Shown here: piece after piece, positions 19,014-28,259 of the stretch | Numbering within the stretch: position 1 is the stretch's first letter | Layout: every line of letters begins with the position of its first letter | IMG/VR virus record: IMGVR_UViG_3300044912_000713 | From: an uncultured virus (IMG/VR IMGVR_UViG_3300044912_000713) | Lineage: Duplodnaviria; Heunggongvirae; Uroviricota; Caudoviricetes | Length of the DNA stretch: 64,000 nt | Reading direction: 5' to 3' (one strand) | Notes under the pieces: generated by a model | Databases searched by the model: none | What the model saw: the letters and a program-made list of their open reading frames with translations, nothing else | Told to the model about the DNA's origin: nothing | Made by a program: the position numbers and the translations under genes

Positions 19014-19658
19014 ATGCTAGACACCATTACCTGGGGAAATCCATCCCAGAAGCATCTGCCGTTCCTAGAGGACGGCAAGTCTTTTTTGGACCGGCTCGTG
19101 CCGCAGCTGGTGAAGTTCACATTCCCCAAAAACTCGTCCAAGGCGACCAGGGAGGAGCTCAACGAGCTCGTCGACAACGTCAAGCTGCTCACGGAGGACC
19201 CGGAGACACTGAAGAGGTACAGGGCGTACGACGCGAGCCTGACAAAGGTGTTCGCCGACATGATTCTGCAGCAGCAGCTGGGTGACAGGGGGATTCAACT
19301 CGTGGACCAGCTGATAGACGACACGGTCCCCGTCATAATGAAACTAAAGTTCCACTTCCAGAGGCCGCGACCATACCAGCTGGCCCAATACTACAAGCTC
19401 AAGCTGTTCCCGTTCTACTCCCGCTCCGACCAGTCGCCGTCGTATCCTTCCGGGCACGCTCTTCAGGCGAAGGTCATCTGCCACGTACTGGGCAACCACT
19501 TCCCGGAGAGGTTCGACTACTTCGAGAGCCTGATGCAGGACATCCAGAACAGCAGAATATACATGGGGATACATTTCCCTTCCGACGTTGAATACGCCAA
19601 CCTCGTCGCCGAGACAATAATCAGGGACAAGGAGTTCAAGCAAAAGTACCAGCTCTGA
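19014..19658 (+). CDS. PAP2 / vanadium-haloperoxidase superfamily phosphatase
   Basis: KFHFQRPRP, SYPSGH, SRIYMGIHFPSD. Confidence 0.85.
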   Translation: MLDTITWGNPSQKHLPFLEDGKSFLDRLVPQLVKFTFPKNSSKATREELNELVDNVKLLTEDPETLKRYRAYDASLTKVFADMILQQQLGDRGIQLVDQLIDDTVPVIMKLKFHFQRPRPYQLAQYYKLKLFPFYSRSDQSPSYPSGHALQAKVICHVLGNHFPERFDYFESLMQDIQNSRIYMGIHFPSDVEYANLVAETIIRDKEFKQKYQL

Positions 19659-20059
19659 TGCAGATACCGATGCGCAACGGCCGCTCCACCTGGAAGCAGG
19701 GGTGGGCCGAGATAGGCGGCAAGCGAAAGTTCTACCGCAGCAGGTGGGAGTACAGGTACGCGCTCTACCTCGAATTCATGAAGAAGTGGAGGCACATATC
19801 CGAATGGGAGCACGAACCCGAGACCTTCTGGTTCGACAAGATTAAGAGGGGTACGAACAACTACAAGCCCGACTTCAGGGTCACGTTCCCGAGCGGGGGC
19901 GTCGAATACATAGAGGTGAAGGGGTACATGGACCAGAAGAGCAGGACCAAGATAAAGAGGATGGCCAAGTACCATCCGCAGGTCAAGCTGAGGGTCGTCG
20001 ACGGGACCTGGTTCAAGGCGAACGCGGGTGTACTCAAAAAAGTCATTCCGGAATGGTAA
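19658..20059 (+). CDS. PD-(D/E)xK endonuclease
   Basis: RSRWE, YKPDF, YIEVKG. Confidence 0.8.
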   Translation: MQIPMRNGRSTWKQGWAEIGGKRKFYRSRWEYRYALYLEFMKKWRHISEWEHEPETFWFDKIKRGTNNYKPDFRVTFPSGGVEYIEVKGYMDQKSRTKIKRMAKYHPQVKLRVVDGTWFKANAGVLKKVIPEW

Positions 20060-20105
20060 AAAGACGGAAATTTTTATATTTTCGGAAGATAAAAAATAAG
20101 AAAGA

Positions 20106-20540
20106 GTGAGCCACGAAGAAACCGTAGAGATAATCGAGGAGCTCCTTAAGAGCGTGAAGACCCGCGGTCTCAAGAAGACGCTTGGGCTGCTCAAGACCAG
20201 CGGGAACACGCAGGCCGACCTCAACGACCCGTTCGACAGCTTCGTCGTCAACGAGATTCTGGAAGAGTTCAACATGACATACGACGAGCTGTTCTTCAGC
20301 CGCTACATAAGGGGGGAGAGAAAATACGTGCTAGGACTGTGCGTGCACTTCCTGTACAACAAGAGGACGCTCGGGGAAATACGCAGAAGCATCGTGCCGA
20401 CGAAGACAAAGCAGCTGCTCGGAAGGTACAGGCAGATAGTGCTCGAGCTCGACGGAAAGAACCCGCAGCACGCGAAGTACGTGCAGTTCATGGGGGAGAT
20501 GGATAAAAAAATTGAAAAATTCCTAAAAACCAAAAAATGA
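20106..20540 (+). CDS. Hypothetical helical protein, possibly DNA-binding
   Basis: ORF follows a promoter-like TATTTTCG; helical and basic; start codon uncertain. Confidence 0.55.
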   Translation: MSHEETVEIIEELLKSVKTRGLKKTLGLLKTSGNTQADLNDPFDSFVVNEILEEFNMTYDELFFSRYIRGERKYVLGLCVHFLYNKRTLGEIRRSIVPTKTKQLLGRYRQIVLELDGKNPQHAKYVQFMGEMDKKIEKFLKTKK

Positions 20541-21676
20541 CCACAGAGAACAACAGTCAGGAACAGGAGCAGCAGTTGCCGCAGGGAGCGCCCCAGCGCA
20601 CATACAATCCATTCCTCGAGAACGTCAACGAGAAGCCGTACACGCAGATGACGGTGGCGACGAATCCCACTCAGATTGGAACGGCGATACCGGAACCATC
20701 CTACACGCCGAACGCGGTCAGGGGCAACGAGAACCCCTACGGGATGCTGGGGGGAGACATGACAGGAGGAATGGGAGGCGCATCGCAGGCGCCGGCGCAA
20801 GCCCCGATAAATCCGGGATACAACAACCTTCCGGACGGAGAGGCCAAAATGGGCGCGGAGAACATGGCGAAGCTGCTGATTGACGGATACGAGCAGCTGC
20901 ACGTCTTCGCAAACCAGGCGCTGCAGATTTCACCCAGAAAGCTCAGAAAGATGGTTTCCGAGGGTGAGATAGACCTGTCCGTTGAAGTGCCGTACGAATA
21001 CGGTAGGACCATAACGGCCGGGGAGTTCGTGGAGGAGTTCAACACGCAGAACAAGGACACGCTCACTGTCAGCAAGGATTTCAAGAAGAACGTCACCCCC
21101 GTCCTCACGAGGGTGCTGCAGAAGAGGGGCGCGGGATTCACCGACGAGCAGTATCTCGGATACATGGTGGCGAAGGACCTCCTGCTGAAGGGTGTGATAG
21201 TCGCGCAGGTGAGGGGAACGATGAACGAGATGCTCAATGTGATAAAAGACTACACCACTGCCATGAAAGAGGGAGGAGCGCCTCCGACGGGGCCACGACC
21301 AGAACCTAAGCCCCAGCAGCCCAGACAGCCCAGCCCGGATGCAACAACCTTTCAGGAGCCCGACCACGGCTCTGAGCGGTTCAACTTCGAGGACAACGAG
21401 GCTGTGATGGCCGCGACGGTTCAGACGCACTCCGTGCCGCAATCCGGAAGGGCGAAGGCAATAGCCGCGAAGAAGCGCGACCAGGAGTGGAAGGAGGCGG
21501 TGGACAAGGCCAGCGCAAGACCTTCGTACGAGGAGGCCATGCAGAAGAAGAAGGGCAAGAAGAAGAACAAGCCGAAAGACTACATAGTCCCCCTCGACGA
21601 GGAGCAGGTGGCGGAAGGAATCGTGCTGAGAGAGACGAAGGAGGTGGACAAGGATAAAATACACGGAATCGACTGA
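20537..21676 (+). CDS. Hypothetical protein in the packaging operon
   Basis: 379-aa ORF; low-complexity ends with a helical core. Confidence 0.75.
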   Translation: MTTENNSQEQEQQLPQGAPQRTYNPFLENVNEKPYTQMTVATNPTQIGTAIPEPSYTPNAVRGNENPYGMLGGDMTGGMGGASQAPAQAPINPGYNNLPDGEAKMGAENMAKLLIDGYEQLHVFANQALQISPRKLRKMVSEGEIDLSVEVPYEYGRTITAGEFVEEFNTQNKDTLTVSKDFKKNVTPVLTRVLQKRGAGFTDEQYLGYMVAKDLLLKGVIVAQVRGTMNEMLNVIKDYTTAMKEGGAPPTGPRPEPKPQQPRQPSPDATTFQEPDHGSERFNFEDNEAVMAATVQTHSVPQSGRAKAIAAKKRDQEWKEAVDKASARPSYEEAMQKKKGKKKNKPKDYIVPLDEEQVAEGIVLRETKEVDKDKIHGID

Positions 21677-21678
21677 GC

Positions 21679-21999
21679 ATGAAAGTCAAGAGCGAAAACT
21701 GGCTTCAGTTCAAGCGGAAGTTCACCTACATGCTCGACATACTGGGAGACGAATCCGACAAGTTCTCATTCGGGGACTCCCCGGACGACTTCTCCCTGTT
21801 CGTGAACGAGTGCGAGGTGATACCTATATTCGCTAGGAAGGACAGCGTGATGCGGGTGGAGTACGACTTCACCATGTGCAACACGAGAATCAGGACGCTG
21901 GCGCTGTCCATCTACATGGACGCCGCCAGAATCGAGATGACATTGAAAGACGACAAAAAAATCGACGACGAAATAAAATGGCAAGAGAACCACTGTTGA
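21679..21999 (+). CDS. Hypothetical protein
   Basis: Packed ORF overlapping the ATPase start. Confidence 0.6.
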   Translation: MKVKSENWLQFKRKFTYMLDILGDESDKFSFGDSPDDFSLFVNECEVIPIFARKDSVMRVEYDFTMCNTRIRTLALSIYMDAARIEMTLKDDKKIDDEIKWQENHC

Positions 22000-22796
22000 T
22001 GGCCGCTTGCGGAAAGAAGGGCGTGGGAAAGAGCTACCAGCACATGCTGCTGATGAACGGATACGTGATGGGAGACCCCTACAGGGGCGTGAAGGGTCGC
22101 AAGTGCCTAATCATGGACGTCAACGACGAATACTCCGTATACAACGTGCCGGCGATATCGCTGAACGACATCCCCCTCTACACGGTTCATCCGTACACGG
22201 AGATTAGGAGGATTCGCCCTTTTCATCCCGACGGCAGGAGGATGACGCTCGACGAGTGGGCAAACGCGCTCTTCTACGTGCTCAACCGATTCCAGAACGG
22301 ACTGCTGCTCATAGAGGACATCAACAAGTTCATAGGAGACCACCTGCCGCACGACCTCGTCGGCGCGATAGCCACGAACAGGCACGCGGGCCTCGACATC
22401 ATTCTATCGTACCAGTCGCTGGGTCGCATCAACACGAAGATTTGGGGCAACATGAACATCATGCGATTCCACAAGAACGTGGAGAGCGTGGAGAGGCACA
22501 AGATGAAGTTCCCCGACAAGTACGAGATGATGCGAATAGCCGAGATAATCGTCAACAACGAATACCACAAGGGAAACAACCGCTTCTTCGCCTACGTGGA
22601 CATGGACGAGGAGAAGATAAGGGGAGACATGAGCAACGAGATAATAGAGGCGGGAATACTTCAGTACGTCTACGAGAAGAATTCGGAGATAATAAGGCCG
22701 TACCTGTTCCAGAAGGAGAACGGAAAGAAGAAGTACAACCAGGAGACCGCCACCAAGGAGGTGTGCGAGAGGCTCAGAAGGCAGTATTTCCAGTAA
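21978..22796 (+). CDS. A32-like (FtsK/HerA superfamily) genome packaging ATPase
   Basis: Walker A GKKGVGKS near the N-terminus, Walker B LLLIED, family motif NRHAGLDIILSYQ; 272 aa; next to the putative capsid gene. Confidence 0.8.
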   Translation: MAREPLLMAACGKKGVGKSYQHMLLMNGYVMGDPYRGVKGRKCLIMDVNDEYSVYNVPAISLNDIPLYTVHPYTEIRRIRPFHPDGRRMTLDEWANALFYVLNRFQNGLLLIEDINKFIGDHLPHDLVGAIATNRHAGLDIILSYQSLGRINTKIWGNMNIMRFHKNVESVERHKMKFPDKYEMMRIAEIIVNNEYHKGNNRFFAYVDMDEEKIRGDMSNEIIEAGILQYVYEKNSEIIRPYLFQKENGKKKYNQETATKEVCERLRRQYFQ

Positions 22797-22825
22797 GAAA
22801 TTTTTTTCCGACCCCACAACCCAGT

Positions 22826-22853
22826 CCCCGTCATTCTTGGCGGGGTTTTTTTT
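22826..22853 (+). terminator. Rho-independent terminator
   Basis: CCCCGTCA-TTCT-TGGCGGGG stem followed by T8. Confidence 0.85.
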
Positions 22854-22948
22854 GCCATTTTGTTTACAATTATTTACTACCCAACAAGTAAGATAAAAAA
22901 AATCTTAAAAAAGTTGTACGATTTCAAGAGAATTTTGATTTCGCAAGC

Positions 22949-22956
22949 TATATTCA
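22949..22956 (+). promoter_or_regulatory. TAnnTTCA promoter box upstream of the capsid operon
   Basis: TATATTCA in an AT-rich intergenic region; motif recurs before other operons. Confidence 0.55.
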
Positions 22957-23019
22957 CTTCACAATGACGCACGGGTCTGTACCCCGCGTCGATATTAAAA
23001 AACCCAAAAACGTTCAAAA

Positions 23020-23127
23020 ATGAACTTCAAGAAACTCGCAGGTGATTTGTTGGTTGTTGCTGGAGGCGTAGCCCTCTACATGTTAGCTATTAAGCCATTG
23101 CTTGACAAAGCTAAAGTAACCAGCTAA
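23020..23127 (+). CDS. 35-aa single-TM protein, candidate major membrane protein (missing from ORF track)
   Basis: MNFKKLAGDLLVVAGGVALYMLAIKPLLDKAKVTS; shares T-ending codon bias with the next gene. Confidence 0.7.
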   Translation: MNFKKLAGDLLVVAGGVALYMLAIKPLLDKAKVTS

Positions 23128-23187
23128 GGAAGACGGTGAATTGATTTTGCAATCAAATTCTAAAAAAATCCTTAAAATCTATCAAAA

Positions 23188-23901
23188 ATGAGTTCTATTC
23201 AACGCTATTTACAAATGGCAAATCGTTCTGTGAACGAGCAGTTTGTTGGCGCAGACGGATTCTTGGATGATGACATGTATTTCACTGGTGGCCAGTTCTT
23301 CGACACTGACTTAGTTGGTGCCGATGGCGCTGCTGCAGCTCCCGCTGTTACAGCTCCTAGCTTAATGCGCTCTCAGCCTTACATCCTCACCGTTTCCAAC
23401 GCGTCCAACGCGGCAGTTACTATCGACATTTTCGGTGCTTACATCTATTTGAACAACGCTGGTTTCACAGCCGGTTCATTGACAGTGAGCAACGTGACTA
23501 TCACAAGTAACCTGTCAAACGTTACCTATTACAACCTCTTGAACCAGTCAAGCTTCAGCCCTTTCACAATCGGAAGTACGCTGATTAGCTCTGTGAACGG
23601 TACCACCAGCCAGGTGTTACAGCCAATCACACTGACTACTCAGGACGCAAACGGTAACCAAGCGGTGAAAATCTTGACACCAGTAGTTGACCCATATCAG
23701 AATCAGTCTGGTATCGTTGACCTGAAGCAGCCATTCAGAATCGACGGCTTCACGAAGCTGACGTTCTCTATCTACGCTTCAACCAGCGTTCAGTTCCAGT
23801 TCTATCCTTCTGATACCATCAACGTTGCTCGTGGCCTGGGTGGAAACCCTGTGTCTAAGCAATACGGCAGTCCGAAGATTATCAGACCTGCAGTACGCTA
23901 A
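23188..23901 (+). CDS. Putative major capsid protein (single jelly-roll-like, beta-rich)
   Basis: Beta-strand-rich and charge-poor; distinct codon usage; own promoter and terminator; adjacent to the A32-like ATPase; paralog at 59833. Confidence 0.65.
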   Translation: MSSIQRYLQMANRSVNEQFVGADGFLDDDMYFTGGQFFDTDLVGADGAAAAPAVTAPSLMRSQPYILTVSNASNAAVTIDIFGAYIYLNNAGFTAGSLTVSNVTITSNLSNVTYYNLLNQSSFSPFTIGSTLISSVNGTTSQVLQPITLTTQDANGNQAVKILTPVVDPYQNQSGIVDLKQPFRIDGFTKLTFSIYASTSVQFQFYPSDTINVARGLGGNPVSKQYGSPKIIRPAVR

Positions 23902-23917
23902 TCCAAGCGCACAAAAT

Positions 23918-23963
23918 AAAAAAGGGGCTGAAGCCGGGGGTAACTCTAGCTTCGCCCTTTTTT
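23918..23963 (+). terminator. Rho-independent terminator after the capsid gene (possibly bidirectional)
   Basis: AAAGGGGC-TGAAGC...GCTTC-GCCCTTTTTT inverted repeat. Confidence 0.8.
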
Positions 23964-23989
23964 ACTTAAAAAATCAGTAAATTCACTCT

Positions 23990-24397
23990 ATGTCAAACCA
24001 AAGGGCAAACATATACGGATACATGGCGGCCTCGAACCCCTATTTCGTGAAGTCCCTCGCGTACAAGTACGGATACGAGTACGACAAGGACCAGTCGCTT
24101 TCGACCGTTCTGCAGCAGCTCGTGAGCTACGAGGGTGAGCCGGTCCTAATCGAGATTATCGAGAACCATCCCGACAAGGAGCTTTTCGCCGACTACTTCA
24201 AGAAGCAGTTGGACAAGAGCCAGGAGACGCCGAAGGCGCCTTTGACCAGCGAGCTCGCAACGTACATGAACTTCACCGGCCAGCTGGCGGCGGTGCAGCA
24301 GGTAGCGGAAAACAAGAAAGTAACGACGGAGACTAGCCTAATGGTGCTCGCGGGCGCCATGCTAATCGCCTTCGCCATCATAACGAAAAAAAATTAA
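23990..24397 (+). CDS. C-terminally anchored membrane protein
   Basis: YMNFTG motif; C-terminal TM. Confidence 0.7.
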   Translation: MSNQRANIYGYMAASNPYFVKSLAYKYGYEYDKDQSLSTVLQQLVSYEGEPVLIEIIENHPDKELFADYFKKQLDKSQETPKAPLTSELATYMNFTGQLAAVQQVAENKKVTTETSLMVLAGAMLIAFAIITKKN

Positions 24398-24403
24398 GAT
24401 AAA

Positions 24404-25138
24404 ATGGCAACACTGACGGCCGTAGACACAACGAGGGCGCTGCTCTCATACCAAGTGGTAAACGACAGGGACTCCCTGATATCCCTTCTGAAGCGGAACG
24501 GGGTATCCCTTTCACCAAACAGCACCGACGCGGAGCTAAACACCGCGATTCTCGTCGCAAGCTCCAAGAGCGAGAACTTCAAGAAGGAGCTGGCAAGACT
24601 GCTAGCATCCAAGGCCGAGAGCGCAGGGGACAAGTTCGCCTCGTTCGCGGGTGGAGAAGACATGTTCGGATTCACCGGAATCGACGACTTCCAGAGCGCC
24701 AACGGTCCCGCCCTTCCGAGAACGACCGTCGCGAACGTGAAAGCGCAGCCCGTTCAGATTTCCGCCAGCAGAATGGCGAGCATACAGGCGCAGGCGGTAA
24801 ATCCAACCGGAGCGAAGGGTAAGACGAAGGTCGGAGCCGCCCTGTCATCGGTCGGCAAATTCCTGAAGGACAACGTTCTCACCAAGGAGAACATAGACAC
24901 CGCCGTGCAGGTGGGACTGACCAAGATAAACACGTCAACCCAGAACAAGGCCAACAAGGTCGCCAACGAGACGCTCCTTCTGCAGCAGCAGCAGGACGAG
25001 ATTCGCATGCAGCAGGGTGCTGGGGCGAAGACGGGAATGGGAACGGGAGCGTGGATAGCGATTGGCGTCGGCGTAATAGCCCTGGTGGGAATAATCATCT
25101 ATGTATCAAAACGCGGCTCTAAGGCGGCGGCAAACTAA
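24404..25138 (+). CDS. C-terminally anchored membrane protein
   Basis: FASFAG, FGFTG, FQSANG motifs; AWIAIGVGVIALVGIIIYV TM. Confidence 0.75.
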   Translation: MATLTAVDTTRALLSYQVVNDRDSLISLLKRNGVSLSPNSTDAELNTAILVASSKSENFKKELARLLASKAESAGDKFASFAGGEDMFGFTGIDDFQSANGPALPRTTVANVKAQPVQISASRMASIQAQAVNPTGAKGKTKVGAALSSVGKFLKDNVLTKENIDTAVQVGLTKINTSTQNKANKVANETLLLQQQQDEIRMQQGAGAKTGMGTGAWIAIGVGVIALVGIIIYVSKRGSKAAAN

Positions 25139-25144
25139 GAACGC

Positions 25145-25630
25145 ATGAACATCAGCATAAAGAAAGCAATCGGACTGGCCGCGATAGCCGTGGCCGGATA
25201 CTACCTGTTTAAGGCGATGGGAAAGAAAACCCCTGAGGCGAAACCCGCAGAGGGCGGACAGGCTTCGCCTCCAGCGAACGTCTCGGCGGACGGATTCAAC
25301 TCCAACCCGACGAACGCGCAGAGGGACATATTCAGGAGAGGTCCGGTGGACATCGTGAGACCGGAGCGCATACCATACCGCCCCGCGAAGCCGTGCCGCA
25401 AAGAACCCATCTACATGCCGTCGTACAACGCGATACCCAACGCATACGACAGGACCGTGGGGATGCCTTTGATGAAACGAAACCCTGCGACGGAGATGTA
25501 CGCGAACGCCGACGGAACCCAGATGTACGCGACCTTCGGCGGAAGGTGCAGCACGGACCTGCAGAGCGCTTGCCGCTGCATGTCAGAGAAGACAGAGAGA
25601 TATAAAATCGACATTCCTCAACTACCATAA
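25145..25630 (+). CDS. N-terminal TM protein
   Basis: TM; VSADG and YANADG motifs. Confidence 0.7.
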   Translation: MNISIKKAIGLAAIAVAGYYLFKAMGKKTPEAKPAEGGQASPPANVSADGFNSNPTNAQRDIFRRGPVDIVRPERIPYRPAKPCRKEPIYMPSYNAIPNAYDRTVGMPLMKRNPATEMYANADGTQMYATFGGRCSTDLQSACRCMSEKTERYKIDIPQLP

Positions 25631-25639
25631 ACAAAACTT

Positions 25640-25786
25640 ATGAACAACAACATCAGATATGCCGGAGTCGGAGCCGTGATAGGCGGGATAATCGGCGTCA
25701 TCATGGGAAAAAGCATATTGACTAACGCCCTAATCGGGGCGGCAATCGGAGTGGGTGCCGGATACCTGAAGAATAAAAATAAGTAA
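25640..25786 (+). CDS. 48-aa glycine-zipper membrane protein (missing from ORF track)
   Basis: GVGAVIGGIIG...LIGAAIGVGAGY. Confidence 0.7.
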   Translation: MNNNIRYAGVGAVIGGIIGVIMGKSILTNALIGAAIGVGAGYLKNKNK

Positions 25787-25788
25787 AG

Positions 25789-26025
25789 ATGGCCGAGGCT
25801 AAGGAGATACTAGACAAGCTGAAACAGCTGAAGTCCAAGTCGGACAACATGTCCATGCGGAAGAGCAGGGCGACCGTGAACGGCGCGCTGATAGGCGCGG
25901 CCGGAGGCCTCCTGGTCGGAATGGCCCGAAACTACAGCCTGATATCGTCCGCGATGGTGGGTTCTGTACTGGGGGCGCTGGTAACATATCTCGTACTTCC
26001 AAAAAACGACGACAATGAAGAATAA
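25789..26025 (+). CDS. Glycine-zipper membrane protein
   Basis: GALIGAAGGLLVG...MVGSVLGALV. Confidence 0.7.
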   Translation: MAEAKEILDKLKQLKSKSDNMSMRKSRATVNGALIGAAGGLLVGMARNYSLISSAMVGSVLGALVTYLVLPKNDDNEE

Positions 26026-26452
26026 AGGCGTGGTAATAGTTTCTTCGGTGCTGGCACTGGCCGGGGCCTATTTCATCTACCGCTACTTCACGGCAAAGAA
26101 TAAGAGAATGACCATAGGTTTGAATCCGGCGGACGCAAACACGACGGTCGGAAGCCGGGACATAGTCGGCGAAGATGTTCTCAAAAAGGGAAGCAAGGGG
26201 GCGAAGGTGAGGAGGCTGCAGGGTCTCCTCTTGAAGATTGACCCCAAGTCGCTTCCGAAATACGGGATTGACGGGGACTTCGGTTCGGAGACCGAGGCCG
26301 CGGTGCTGAAGGTTCTGGGAAAGACCGTCGTCACCGATTCCGACATGGCCGAACTGGAGAAGAGGGCGCTGAGGGCGCAGTTTCCATACGTGGCGGCCCC
26401 TGCCTCGACATCGCAGCCGAAGCCGCTGTTTCTCGCAGACCTTGGAAAATAG
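26015..26452 (+). CDS. Membrane-anchored peptidoglycan-binding (PG_binding_1) protein
   Basis: N-terminal TM; LKKGSKGAKVRRLQ...GIDGDFGSETEAAV. Confidence 0.85.
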   Translation: MKNKGVVIVSSVLALAGAYFIYRYFTAKNKRMTIGLNPADANTTVGSRDIVGEDVLKKGSKGAKVRRLQGLLLKIDPKSLPKYGIDGDFGSETEAAVLKVLGKTVVTDSDMAELEKRALRAQFPYVAAPASTSQPKPLFLADLGK

Positions 26453-26472
26453 GACAAAAAATAACCACATAG

Positions 26473-26775
26473 ATGAACCAAGACCAACCCATGGAAAAGG
26501 AGCTGACCGCAAACCAGCTCTACAAGAACTACAGAGACGAGGGAGGAACCCTCAAGTTCTCTGACTGGCTTACGAGAGAGAAGACGAAGGGAGTATTCCC
26601 AATCAACGGAAACCTCGACGTGGAGGTAAAAAAGACTATTATGAGCGTAAAGAGAAATTCAGGGGCGAAGAGAACAATCCTGGGCATGCCGGTGGGAACA
26701 CTGGTCGCCGTGGGTGCGGTGCTAATCGCCGCCGTGGTAATATCCAAAATAATGACTAAAAAGCAACAGCCATGA
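26473..26775 (+). CDS. C-terminal TM protein
   Basis: Hydrophobic tail. Confidence 0.7.
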   Translation: MNQDQPMEKELTANQLYKNYRDEGGTLKFSDWLTREKTKGVFPINGNLDVEVKKTIMSVKRNSGAKRTILGMPVGTLVAVGAVLIAAVVISKIMTKKQQP

Positions 26776-27059
26776 GAAACTTCATACTGGGAATAGCCGT
26801 GGGAGCCGTCGGGATGCACATACTGCACAAGATGGGGTACATGGGTGCGAATCCACCCAAGACGCAGGCCGAGAAGGACGCCGCGGTCAGCGGTGTCATG
26901 GAAGAGGCCAAGAACTACGGTGACGCGCTGAAGAGGCAGTTCGACATCGTGATGCCTTCCGACGTGGTCTCCAAAAGAGCAGAGGAGCTTGGAAAGGTGT
27001 TTACTCAGGGTAGATATTCTATTGACGTAACAAGGGAAAAAGCACCACTTTCAATATAA
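26772..27059 (+). CDS. N-terminal TM protein
   Basis: FILGIAVGAVGMHIL. Confidence 0.7.
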   Translation: MRNFILGIAVGAVGMHILHKMGYMGANPPKTQAEKDAAVSGVMEEAKNYGDALKRQFDIVMPSDVVSKRAEELGKVFTQGRYSIDVTREKAPLSI

Positions 27060-27886
27060 TGAACTTCACGCTCTGGACAAGATACGAACCCGTCACCGTG
27101 AAGGTGGTCATCATGACCACTTCCCCGGAAACGATTGCCCTGAAGGTCTACGACCCTTCTCAGGCGAACACCGTATTCACGGACAGGACGAAGACCGTGA
27201 GCGGGACGGAGGAGCTTTACGTGAGGATGCCACTCTCACCCGGAACCGCCAAGCTTGAAATATACAACAAGAAGAACGGGAACATACCGGTGGACAACTC
27301 ATTCAAGATAGTATCGATAACGAAGCAGGACCTGCAGAGGACGCTCGCCAGGACAAAGATGGACACCTTCGGAGTCCGGAACTTCGTCGAATTCGCGCAG
27401 AAGTTCGCGTTCAACGCCGGATGGCTAGCCGCACCGAAGGACTACGTCAGCGGGATGGGACCTTACAAGATTGAGTACCTCCCGGTGATAATAAACTCCA
27501 GGGGCGAGAAGATGGCTACCCCGGCCCGAATCAGCACCAAGAACGGAAGGATTCAGGCCTCTCAGCAGGCCTTCAGAAACTTCACCATCCCGATGAGGAT
27601 GGCTATTCTGCTGCACGAGTTCAGCCACTTCTACCTCAACGACGACGTCTCGAACGAGACGGAGGCCGACTTGAATGGACTCACAATATACCTCGGACTC
27701 GGATATCCAATCAGGGAGGCCTTCGCCGCCTTCGGGGAGACCTTCATCGGAAGTCCGACGCCGCAGAACAAGCAGAGGTACGACATAATCGACAAGTTCA
27801 TAAGGGACTACGTCGAGGAGTACAAGATAAAAGACGTCTACGCCGCCGAGCCAGTGGCGCAGAGAAAAATGATTAGGCTCGCATAG
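27059..27886 (+). CDS. Zincin metallopeptidase (HEXXH)
   Basis: ILLHEFSH followed by ETEAD (third ligand). Confidence 0.75.
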   Translation: MNFTLWTRYEPVTVKVVIMTTSPETIALKVYDPSQANTVFTDRTKTVSGTEELYVRMPLSPGTAKLEIYNKKNGNIPVDNSFKIVSITKQDLQRTLARTKMDTFGVRNFVEFAQKFAFNAGWLAAPKDYVSGMGPYKIEYLPVIINSRGEKMATPARISTKNGRIQASQQAFRNFTIPMRMAILLHEFSHFYLNDDVSNETEADLNGLTIYLGLGYPIREAFAAFGETFIGSPTPQNKQRYDIIDKFIRDYVEEYKIKDVYAAEPVAQRKMIRLA

Positions 27887-27891
27887 ATTAT

Positions 27892-28251
27892 ATGAAAAGG
27901 AAAACACTCTTTTGGGTTGGAATATACGCGGCCGCCGGGGTCGGCATCTATTTTCTGTTGAAAAAAACCAATGTCGGCGCCAGACTATTCAATCCGCCCC
28001 TGAAGGAGATGCAGGATAAAATGTGGGACGTCTATGTTTCGGCGTTTCCGTCCGTGGCACAACTCAAGGAAACATATTTGAAGACGGATGCTTTCACTGA
28101 CGAGGCGTTTTTGGCGGCTTGGTACAACGCCCACAAAAAGGGTCAAAGCGCCTTCAAGTATAAAAACAGATACTGGGAGACCAAGTCTGGAATGGGTGTT
28201 GGATGGAAGGATACGCAGGACGCGTTAAAAAATTACAGTGCCAATAAATAA
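27892..28251 (+). CDS. N-terminal TM protein, AT-richer than its neighbours
   Basis: TM; many T/A-ending codons. Confidence 0.7.
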   Translation: MKRKTLFWVGIYAAAGVGIYFLLKKTNVGARLFNPPLKEMQDKMWDVYVSAFPSVAQLKETYLKTDAFTDEAFLAAWYNAHKKGQSAFKYKNRYWETKSGMGVGWKDTQDALKNYSANK

Positions 28252-28259
28252 ATTCAATC

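Noticed and set aside
21978..22796. Terminase large subunit or conjugative ATPase
   Set aside because: Too short, no nuclease domain, has the A32-type RH...Q motif, and no T4SS genes nearby
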